DNA of 32,000 bases from contig CP126532.1 of NCBI GenBank assembly GCA_030167145.1, positions 4,020,001-4,052,000 of the forward strand. Reading direction: 5' to 3'. Source of the stretch: Ktedonobacterales bacterium. GTDB taxonomy: Bacteria > Chloroflexota > Ktedonobacteria > Ktedonobacterales > JADMIN01. The notes under the pieces are model-generated. The model saw only the letters and a program-made list of their open reading frames with translations, had not been told where the DNA came from and did not search any database. Position numbers and translations under genes: made by a program. Positions 25,297 through 32,000 of the stretch are shown in pieces (position 1 is the first letter of the stretch; each line of letters begins with the position of its first letter).

Positions 25297-25791
25297 TCAT
25301 GAAGTCGCCGCGCCAGTTGGCGCTGGCGCAGGCTGGCCGCGCCATGCGGCTGCGCGGGTGTAGCGAAGGGCGAACACGGGCGCAAACACCAATGCGAACA
25401 CCAGTAGGAGAATGCCCACGACCAGCACCAGCGGGGCTATTGGGTCCAGTGGGCCGAGCGGTGGATAGCCAGAGATGCCCTGCAATCTCCAGTAGACCGT
25501 CACGCCGATGATGCTGGCGGCGGCGAACGCGAAGAGGCGCACGAACCATGCCCAACTCCGGGAGAGCGCGCTGTGCAGCGACGCAACCACGCTGGTCAGC
25601 AGCGAGAACAGGACGCTGGCGACACCCAAGAACAGTGACGCGCCAAGCAGCGACCAGGAGCAAGGGCCTTGCGATGGGCAGCTCAATCCTGGGTGCGCTA
25701 GCGCCAGCATGACTGCGACGCTGATTGTGACCATGCCAAGGCCGAGCGCGCCAAGCGAGATGATAGCGAGCGTGCGGATGAAGATGCGCAT
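25297..25791 (-). CDS. hypothetical polytopic membrane protein (164 aa)
   Basis: ATG 25791 follows GAAGGAG. Four hydrophobic helices. No family recognised. Confidence 0.5.
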   Translation of the reverse strand: MRIFIRTLAIISLGALGLGMVTISVAVMLALAHPGLSCPSQGPCSWSLLGASLFLGVASVLFSLLTSVVASLHSALSRSWAWFVRLFAFAAASIIGVTVYWRLQGISGYPPLGPLDPIAPLVLVVGILLLVFALVFAPVFALRYTRAAAWRGQPAPAPTGAATS

Positions 25792-25890
25792 GCCTACGCT
25801 CCTTCCCCACAATCCATGAACCCCAAGCCTTGCTTGCCGTGATGCGCGTAGTATACCATCAGCAATCGGCAACTGCGGGGCCAGTGCGGG

Positions 25891-26142
25891 TTATGCTCGT
25901 TTGGCGCGCTCATAGGCGGCCAGCGCATCCACGACGCCCTGACGTTTGGTCAACAAGCGCCAGAGGGAGGTGTGTGCATGGGCAAGTTCAGACACATCAT
26001 CGCTTGTACGAGCGCGAAGCACAGTGTCTACCTGGTCCGCGATCATTGCCTCCAAACGGGCGAGATACGAGCGGTAGTGTTCGCGTGCCTCGTCGGAGGG
26101 GATCGGCTGCTGGCGATAGTCGTTGTGAATGAGGGACTCCAT
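25891..26142 (-). CDS. hypothetical small helical protein (83 aa), paralog of 26148..26390
   Basis: ATG lies 5 nt after the upstream gene's stop. Shares Q-x-P-I..D......YR and L-x-R-L.....G..DA..AY blocks with its neighbour. Confidence 0.5.
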   Translation of the reverse strand: MESLIHNDYRQQPIPSDEAREHYRSYLARLEAMIADQVDTVLRARTSDDVSELAHAHTSLWRLLTKRQGVVDALAAYERAKRA

Positions 26143-26147
26143 CGTAT

Positions 26148-26390
26148 TTATGCGCTTTGCCGATGCTGGAGATAGGCGTCAATGGCGTCCTGAATGCCCT
26201 TATAATAGCCGCACAGGCGGTGTAGCTGATAGCGAATCTGGTCTATTCGCCCCATATCAAGTGGCATTTTCTGGCGCTCCGCCATCAGGTCGCTTTCGTG
26301 CCGCTCGATCATGCGCCGTAGTTGGTCGGCACCAGTGCGATACCCCGCGAGTTCCTGGTCATTGGTGATTGGCGGCTGTGTGGACTTCAC
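26148..26390 (-). CDS. hypothetical small helical protein (80 aa), paralog of 25891..26142
   Basis: GTG start overlaps the upstream stop (GTGA), which suggests translational coupling. Predicted all-helical by residue pattern. Confidence 0.5.
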   Translation of the reverse strand: MKSTQPPITNDQELAGYRTGADQLRRMIERHESDLMAERQKMPLDMGRIDQIRYQLHRLCGYYKGIQDAIDAYLQHRQSA

Positions 26391-26626
26391 AGTGATTCCG
26401 CATCGCCATCTTCGCGCGCCGCGCGCTTGGATTCCTCAATCTCCTCGTCACTCATGCCCAGGTGTCGCAGCCAGTCGTCCGTTTCGTAATAGCGCGGGTC
26501 GGTGCGCCGGTCGCGCAGTGTCTCTACCCATTCTGCTAGCAGCGGTTCGATACTCTGCCCTCTGGTCGTGGCAGCCTTTTCGAGTGTCTGATACTGCTCG
26601 TCATCAATCTGTAGGACATGGCTCAC
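26387..26626 (-). CDS. hypothetical small protein (79 aa) with ribbon-helix-helix-like N-terminus
   Basis: GTG 26626 lies 6 nt after GAGGTGA; the ORF could start at 26635. The pattern is a beta-strand (HVLQID), helix (DEQYQTLEKAATTRG), G-x-S turn and second helix (IEPLLAEWVETL), followed by an acidic tail. Confidence 0.5.
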   Translation of the reverse strand: MSHVLQIDDEQYQTLEKAATTRGQSIEPLLAEWVETLRDRRTDPRYYETDDWLRHLGMSDEEIEESKRAAREDGDAESL

Positions 26627-26686
26627 ACTACTCACCTCTTCGTGGGTAAGACCACTCCCCGCGCTTCAGTCTACGCCTTCCGCGCG

Positions 26687-27532
26687 CTATGATGCCAGCC
26701 CGGAGCGGTACGTCGCATAGAGCGGCGACCAGCCAAGCGCGGCCTTCAGCGCGGCGTTCGTGCAGCCCAGTGAGCGCATCGCCGCGCCGTCCGGTTGCGG
26801 CTCCGGCGCGCCCACCTGCGCCGCGACGTAGCCGTAGAGGTCGCGATACGTCACCGGCTCGTCGTCCACTACGTTGTAGGTGCTGCCAGCAGGAGCGGAC
26901 TCCAGCGCCAGCACGACGGCCCGCGCCATGTCCACCGCGTGGATCAGCGATTGCAGCGCATCGCCCTCGCCCGGCACGCGCAGCGTCCCCGCCAGCGCGT
27001 CGCGCCGCCAGCGGTCTTCCGCGCCGGTCCCTGGCCCGTAGAATGCGCCGCCGCGCAGTATCACCCATTCCAGGGATGACGCGCGCACCATCTCCTCCAT
27101 ATCTACGGACGACGAGATGTTTGCCTTGGCCTGAAGCGGCGTCGCCTCATCGGCGATATGTGAACCCTGGTCGCCGTAGAGAAAGGTGATGCTCTGCTGC
27201 ACATAGCGCCGCACGCCTAGCTCGAATGCCGCTTCCACCAGATTGCGCGTGCCCTCGCGGCGGATGCGGTCGTTCAGTGTCCAGTCGGTCGCGCCGCCGG
27301 GATGCGGAATCGCCGTGGCCAGATGCAGCGCCGCGTCGCAGCCCGCCACCGCGCTGACCACGCTCGTGCGGTCGAGGATGTCGCCCTGCACCGCCTCGAT
27401 GCCCATTCGATTCAGCCGCGCCGCCTGCTCCGCGCTCCGCACCAGCGCGCGCGCGTGATGACCGCGCTCCACCAGCCTTGGCAACGTCTGCCGCCCCAGC
27501 ACACCGGTTGCTCCCACTACGAATACCCGCAT
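26687..27532 (-). CDS. NAD(P)-binding SDR-family protein (epimerase/dehydratase-like)
   Basis: MRVFVVGATGVLGRQ (GxxGxxG) start. Length and pattern fit atypical or extended SDRs. Confidence 0.85.
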   Translation of the reverse strand: MRVFVVGATGVLGRQTLPRLVERGHHARALVRSAEQAARLNRMGIEAVQGDILDRTSVVSAVAGCDAALHLATAIPHPGGATDWTLNDRIRREGTRNLVEAAFELGVRRYVQQSITFLYGDQGSHIADEATPLQAKANISSSVDMEEMVRASSLEWVILRGGAFYGPGTGAEDRWRRDALAGTLRVPGEGDALQSLIHAVDMARAVVLALESAPAGSTYNVVDDEPVTYRDLYGYVAAQVGAPEPQPDGAAMRSLGCTNAALKAALGWSPLYATYRSGLAS

Positions 27533-27585
27533 CGTTCCTTACCTCCTACTTCAACTTGATCGCTCGTATTACGATTCGATTGCTC

Positions 27586-28083
27586 TCAAACACCATCCAC
27601 TATGGTTCCAGCACCTCGCGTTTGAGCGGCGGCTTGGACCTGGCGAATATAACGCTGCTGAACGGCAGCCAATACCATTGCTCCAACCAGCATGAGCGGA
27701 ATCCCTATCCATAACCATGGAGCACGAATACTTTCGAGATGATCGTTTACTCTCCATAGGACATCTAGGTTGCAATCCTGACCTAAAAAGCGTTGAAACT
27801 GAGCTTCTCTCCATGCTCCAATCCGATCAATTGAAGGTTGAGCCAGGAGGAAGGCCAAAAATGTGAAAATCTCTACGTACAGGAAATGCAAGGAAAGGAG
27901 CATGATAGCTGTACGCCGTTTGGATATTGGCGTTATATATCGTAGTTTCGTTCGGTACTGATGCACACCCACGCCGATAAAGATTGCCAGTACCACAATG
28001 CACCACAGCCAGTTCAGCGGCATTTCCCATGGCGATGGAAGTGCGAACAGAGGCGGCGGCGCGGAGATGGGGCAATCTGGCAT
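27586..28083 (-). CDS. hypothetical 3-TM membrane protein (165 aa), low-GC
   Basis: ORF with three hydrophobic helices. Local GC is ~45-50%. No family recognised and the RBS is weak. Confidence 0.45.
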   Translation of the reverse strand: MPDCPISAPPPLFALPSPWEMPLNWLWCIVVLAIFIGVGVHQYRTKLRYITPISKRRTAIMLLSLHFLYVEIFTFLAFLLAQPSIDRIGAWREAQFQRFLGQDCNLDVLWRVNDHLESIRAPWLWIGIPLMLVGAMVLAAVQQRYIRQVQAAAQTRGAGTIVDGV

Positions 28084-28222
28084 GCACTTCTAGCCTTTCA
28101 TTCACGCGCCCCGCCGAAGCAGCATCGCACGGACAGCGGACGGGCGTCTACTATATATTCTAGTCGCCCCATCAAGATAGCGCCTTATCATCACGCTTTT
28201 TCGTTGCTGTTGCTCTTCTCCG

Positions 28223-28281
28223 AACCCGCGACGGTGGGTTTCGCAGCCATAGGCCATTCAGGCGTGGTTTCAACCGCCCGC
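28223..28281 (-). repeat. 59-nt structured intergenic repeat, copy B (inverted relative to copy A)
   Basis: The reverse complement reads gcgggcggttgaaaccacgcctgaatggcctatggctgcgaaacccaccgtcgcgggtt. It lies 139 nt upstream of the minus-strand low-GC gene. Confidence 0.8.
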
Positions 28282-28342
28282 CAAACTCAGCCAAATATGC
28301 CCCAAATCCGCTTGACAAGCCGGTTTCCGCCACTCCTACGGT

Positions 28343-28371
28343 TTGACAGAGATGGACTGCCGTGTTACATT
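28343..28371 (+). promoter_or_regulatory. candidate nuo operon promoter (TTGACA-17 nt-TACATT)
   Basis: Consensus -35 at 28343-28348 and -10 at 28366-28371. A second TTGACA lies at 28312-28317. The promoter sits ~75 nt upstream of the nuoA start. Confidence 0.5.
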
Positions 28372-28445
28372 ATCCTTTGGTGTTGTGTGGCCTGGGCCGT
28401 TGCGACATCCTCCACCATCGTTCGATTCACCCAGGGAGGCATCTG

Positions 28446-28802
28446 TTGGTAGCCGAATACGTGCCCGTGCTGATCCTCATGGGATTGGTCTTTGCCTTCA
28501 CCGTTGCCGCTGTCCTGGTCACCTTCGTCTTCGGGCCGAAGAAGCCGACACCTGAGAAACTCGCGCCGTATGAGTGCGGCATCCAGGAGATCGAAGCGCC
28601 CCAGCAGCGGTTCCCCGTCAAATATCTCGTCACCGGCATGCTCTTCATCATCTTCGATGTCGAAGCCGCCTCGCTGATACCACTTTCGATTCTCATGCGC
28701 CAGCTCAAAATGACCGGCTTTGTGGAGCTGATCGTCTTCGCCGTGGTGCTAACCGTGCCATTCGTCTACGTCTGGCGCAAAGGGGCCTTCACGTGGGAAT
28801 AG
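28446..28802 (+). CDS. nuoA: NADH-quinone oxidoreductase subunit A
   Basis: TTG 28446 lies 6 nt after GGGAGG. 118 aa with 3 TM helices and PYECG and FDVE motifs. Confidence 0.9.
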   Translation: MVAEYVPVLILMGLVFAFTVAAVLVTFVFGPKKPTPEKLAPYECGIQEIEAPQQRFPVKYLVTGMLFIIFDVEAASLIPLSILMRQLKMTGFVELIVFAVVLTVPFVYVWRKGAFTWE

Positions 28803-29434
28803 ACAACCAAACCGATATGCGCGATAACCAGATAGATACTCAAACGGAGCCGCGCACCAATCCATGGGCGCCCGTGCAATACTACACCAACACCCAGACT
28901 CCGCGCGGCGTCCGCTCCATCGAGCGGCCCGAAGGCTTTGGTGTCATGCTGGCCCAGGTCAACAAAGTGCTGGACTGGAGCCGTAGCTCGTCGCTCTGGC
29001 CGGCCACCTTCGGCCTCGCCTGCTGCGCCATCGAGATGATGTCCGCCAGCGCCTCGCGTTGGGACATCTCGCGCTTCGGCGCCGAGGTCTTCCGTGCCAG
29101 CCCACGCCAGGCCGACCTGATGATCGTCGCCGGACGGCTCTCTGTGAAGATGGCGCCCGTCCTGCGCCGCATCTACGATCAGATGCCCGAACCCAAGTGG
29201 GTGCTTTCGATGGGCGCGTGCGCCTCGTGCGGCGGCGTCTTCAACAACTACGCTATCGTACAGGGCGTGGATAAAGTGGTGCCGGTAGATGTCTTCGTGC
29301 CCGGCTGTCCGCCCACACCCGACATGCTGCTCCACGGCCTCAACCTCTTGCAGGACAAGATCCGCAAGCACATCCCCAATCCGCCCGACCCGCTCAAAAT
29401 CACCGGGCAGACCTACCTGGGCAGCGAGGGCTAG
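28793..29434 (+). CDS. nuoB: NADH-quinone oxidoreductase subunit B
   Basis: [25 protein letters not shown] and VPGCPP (cluster N2 cysteines). GTG 28793 overlaps the nuoA end; ATG 28817 is the alternative. Confidence 0.9.
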   Translation: MGIDNQTDMRDNQIDTQTEPRTNPWAPVQYYTNTQTPRGVRSIERPEGFGVMLAQVNKVLDWSRSSSLWPATFGLACCAIEMMSASASRWDISRFGAEVFRASPRQADLMIVAGRLSVKMAPVLRRIYDQMPEPKWVLSMGACASCGGVFNNYAIVQGVDKVVPVDVFVPGCPPTPDMLLHGLNLLQDKIRKHIPNPPDPLKITGQTYLGSEG

Positions 29435-29443
29435 GAGATACGT

Positions 29444-30100
29444 ATGGCCGAGGGACAGACAGGACCGGGAACCGTGGCGCTGTGGCCGAAGAACCCGCAC
29501 GCCGAAGCGACGGTGACGCTGGTGCGCGAGCGCTTCCCCGACGCGATCAGCGACGTGGTGGAGTATCGCGGCGAAACGACGATCATTGTGCGGGCGGAGC
29601 GCATTGAAGAGGTCTGCCGCGCGCTGCGCGATGCGCCGGAACTGCGCTTCAACTTCCTGGCCGACATCACAGCGGTGGACTGGCCGGAGCGCGAGCCGCG
29701 CTACGATGTGGTGTATCACCTGCTCTCGCTGGAGACCAGCGCCGTCATCCGGCTGAAGCTGCGTGTCGGCGACGATGAGACTCCGAACCCGGAGATCGCT
29801 ACCGTCACCACCGTCTGGCCAGCGGCGAACTTCTTCGAGCGCGAGGTCTTCGACCTGTTCGGCATTCGCTTCAGCGGGCATCCGAATCTCACGCGCATCC
29901 TGATGCCGTCCGATTGGGTGGGGCATCCGCTGCGCAAAGATTATCCCTTGACCGGTATTGCGCTGCCCGAACCGCACTGGGGCGGCCAGATTCCGTTCGA
30001 TCAGCCGCTGCCGCCGGGCACCGGCGCGCAGACGCTGCGCACGCCCGATGGCGTCGCCGAGGCGCCCGCGCCGCCGAACGACGCAGATGACACGCGGTAG
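29444..30100 (+). CDS. nuoC: NADH-quinone oxidoreductase subunit C
   Basis: ITAVDWPEREPRYDVVYHLLS and FEREVFDLFGIRFSGHP motifs. AGGAG RBS. Confidence 0.9.
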   Translation: MAEGQTGPGTVALWPKNPHAEATVTLVRERFPDAISDVVEYRGETTIIVRAERIEEVCRALRDAPELRFNFLADITAVDWPEREPRYDVVYHLLSLETSAVIRLKLRVGDDETPNPEIATVTTVWPAANFFEREVFDLFGIRFSGHPNLTRILMPSDWVGHPLRKDYPLTGIALPEPHWGGQIPFDQPLPPGTGAQTLRTPDGVAEAPAPPNDADDTR

Positions 30101-30116
30101 CGTGATACTCAAGTAG

Positions 30117-30136
30117 GGCAGACATTCGTGTCTGCC
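30117..30136 (+). other. 8-bp hairpin GGCAGACA-TTCG-TGTCTGCC in the nuoC-nuoD spacer
   Basis: Same stem as 10031-10050 with a UUCG-type loop. A second small hairpin, GCCGC-GAAA-GCGGC, follows at 30140-30153. Confidence 0.7.
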
Positions 30137-30215
30137 AGCGCCGCGAAAGCGGCAACGCACGCGCAGATGGGCAGGCCGCTCGCGCCAGGGCGGCTCCCTG
30201 AAATAGAGGCATACG

Positions 30216-31448
30216 ATGCAGACAGAGGAACGGGCGACAACGCTAGAGGTGGACGAGAGCGAGCAACTTGAGGGTGGCGCGCGCCGCGACTACATGACTA
30301 TCAACATGGGGCCGCAGCATCCTTCCACCCACGGCGTGTTGCGCCTCATCCTGACCCTCGACGGTGAGACTATCGTCAAGGCGCAGCCCGACATCGGCTA
30401 CCTGCACACCGGCATCGAAAAGACCGCCGAAGGCAAGAGCTACTTCAAGGCGCTGGTCGTCACCGACCGCATGGACTATCTCGCGCCACTTGCCAACAAC
30501 CTGGGCTACTCGCTCGCCGTCGAGAAGCTGCTCGGTATCGAAGTGCCGGAGCGCGCGCTCTACGCCCGCGTGATTCTCGCGGAATTGCAGCGCATCGCCA
30601 GCCACCTCGTCTGGCTCGGCACCAGCGCCCTGGACCTCGGCGCGCAGAGCGTCTTCCTCTACTGCTTCCGCGAGCGTGAGATCATCCTCGACATCTTTGA
30701 GCTTTGCTCCGGCGTGCGCATGATGACCAGCTACATCATGCCCGGCGGCTTGCAGGCCGACCTGCCGCCCGGCTTCGAGCAGCGCGTGCGCGACTTCCTG
30801 GCGCTGTTCCCCAAGCGGCTGCGCGAGTATCACGACCTGCTCACCAACAACCGGCTGTGGGTAGACCGCACCAAGGGTATCTGCAAGCTCCCCGCCGAAG
30901 ATGCCGTGCGCCTGGGCTGCACCGGCGCGACCCTGCGCGGCAGCGGCGTCGCCTACGATGTGCGCAAAGCCTTCCCCTACGGCGGTTACGAGCGCTTCGA
31001 TTTCGACATCCCCGTTGGCGCGAACGGCGATGTCTACGACCGCTACCTTGTCCGCATGCTGGAGATGGACCAGAGTTTACGCATTATCCAGCAGGCGCTC
31101 GACGGATTGCCCGGCGGACCCTGGCAGGTGGACGACCCGAAGATTGTCCCGCCGCCGAAGTATATGGTCTCATCGAATATGGAAGCGCTGATCCACCACT
31201 TCAAGCTCTACACCGAGGGCTACCGCCCGCCCGCTGGCGAGGTCTATGTGCGCACCGAGTCGCCCAAGGGCGAACTAGGCTTCTACATGGTCAGCGACGG
31301 CTCCGCGCGGCCCTATCGCATGCACGTGCGCGCGCCGTCGTTCGCCAACCTTCAGGCGCTGCCGCTGATGATTCAGGGGGCGTTTGTCGCGGACGTAGTG
31401 GCGGCGATTGGCAGTATTGACATCGTGCTGGGAGAGGTGGACCGCTGA
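30216..31448 (+). CDS. nuoD: NADH-quinone oxidoreductase subunit D
   Basis: MTINMGPQHPSTHGVLRL and HRGIEK-like (HTGIEK) motifs, with C-terminal GSIDIVLGEVDR. GAGG RBS. Confidence 0.95.
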   Translation: MQTEERATTLEVDESEQLEGGARRDYMTINMGPQHPSTHGVLRLILTLDGETIVKAQPDIGYLHTGIEKTAEGKSYFKALVVTDRMDYLAPLANNLGYSLAVEKLLGIEVPERALYARVILAELQRIASHLVWLGTSALDLGAQSVFLYCFREREIILDIFELCSGVRMMTSYIMPGGLQADLPPGFEQRVRDFLALFPKRLREYHDLLTNNRLWVDRTKGICKLPAEDAVRLGCTGATLRGSGVAYDVRKAFPYGGYERFDFDIPVGANGDVYDRYLVRMLEMDQSLRIIQQALDGLPGGPWQVDDPKIVPPPKYMVSSNMEALIHHFKLYTEGYRPPAGEVYVRTESPKGELGFYMVSDGSARPYRMHVRAPSFANLQALPLMIQGAFVADVVAAIGSIDIVLGEVDR

Positions 31449-32000
31449 TGATTACCGAGGAAGTGAAGGCGCGCATGCGCGAGATCTGCGCGCGCTATCC
31501 CGATCCCCGCTCCGGCACGCTGCCCTGCCTGCATCTGGCGCAGGAGGCCGAAGGCTACGTCACGCCAGACGGCATCGCGGCGGTGTCCGAGGTCACGGGC
31601 ACGAAGATAGACGAGGTTGAGTCGGTTGTCACCTTCTATTCGATGTATGACCGCGCGCCCACCGGAAAATACGCCATCAAGGTCTGCACCAGCATCTCAT
31701 GCTATCTGCGCGGCTGCGATGGCCTGATGGAGCATTTCGAGCAGCGGCTGGGCATCCAGCGCGGCCAGACCACCGCCGACGGCAGTTTCACGTTGCAGGG
31801 CGTCGAATGTCTCGCCGCCTGCGGCATGGCGCCGGTGCTTCAGGTCAATGGCGAGTTCGTCGAGAACGTCACCACGGCGGATGCCGACGCGCTGATCGAG
31901 CGGCTGAAGCGCGGCGAGGCGGTGGCGGCGCAGCCGGGCGCGTGGAATGTGCTGCCCAGCAAGACCGGCGCGAGCGCCCAGCAGACGGCTGCCGGCTCAG
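31448..32000 (+). CDS. nuoE: NADH-quinone oxidoreductase subunit E (5' partial, runs off the window)
   Basis: ATG overlaps the nuoD stop (TGATG). My translation is MITEEVKARMREICARYPDPRSGTLPCLHLAQ...KVCTSISCYLRGC...CLAACG, giving the 2Fe-2S C-x4-C and C-x3-C pattern. It is absent from the ORF track because no stop falls within the window. Confidence 0.9.
   Translation, partial: MITEEVKARMREICARYPDPRSGTLPCLHLAQEAEGYVTPDGIAAVSEVTGTKIDEVESVVTFYSMYDRAPTGKYAIKVCTSISCYLRGCDGLMEHFEQRLGIQRGQTTADGSFTLQGVECLAACGMAPVLQVNGEFVENVTTADADALIERLKRGEAVAAQPGAWNVLPSKTGASAQQTAAGS

Overview
This is a high-GC (roughly 65%) bacterial chromosomal window, mostly housekeeping genes with several short accessory or unexplained stretches. 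The short ~198-aa EF-Ts, the XRE-HTH membrane fusion protein and separate nuoC and nuoD genes suggest a Chloroflexota-like organism, but that is inference only. Core genes I recognise are tyrS, the conserved rpsB-tsf-pyrH-frr-uppS-cdsA cluster, gpsA, and the start of a complex I operon (nuoA, B, C, D and a 5' partial nuoE). Other well-supported genes:
- an FAD/NAD(P)H oxidoreductase, a 2x[4Fe-4S] ferredoxin and a putative di-haem membrane protein in a row
- an FmdB-type zinc ribbon and a group II PLP decarboxylase
- an M24 Xaa-Pro peptidase and an SbcD/Mre11-type nuclease with no SbcC partner
- a LysE exporter, a SnoaL-like ester cyclase, a GNAT, and a DUF3267-like HExxH membrane protein
- an alpha/beta hydrolase and an SDR-type NAD(P)-binding protein

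The items most worth a second look:
1. A 1003-aa single polypeptide combining an XRE HTH, a class III cyclase-homology domain, 3 TM helices and an extracytoplasmic family-5 solute-binding domain.
2. About 1 kb of non-coding, strongly G>C-skewed DNA upstream of sbcD, carrying ~10 blocks of 9-bp-phased GCCG-core doublets or triplets.
3. A 58/59-nt structured repeat present twice. Each copy sits ~120-140 nt upstream of, and in the same orientation as, a low-GC gene for a small multi-pass membrane protein.
4. The three-gene flavoprotein, FeS and H-x13-H membrane protein module.
5. A tightly coupled cassette of three ~80-aa proteins: one RHH-like plus two paralogous helical proteins.

Many long ORFs antisense to real genes are high-GC artefacts and were rejected. 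All family assignments come from motifs read by eye; no database search was run.
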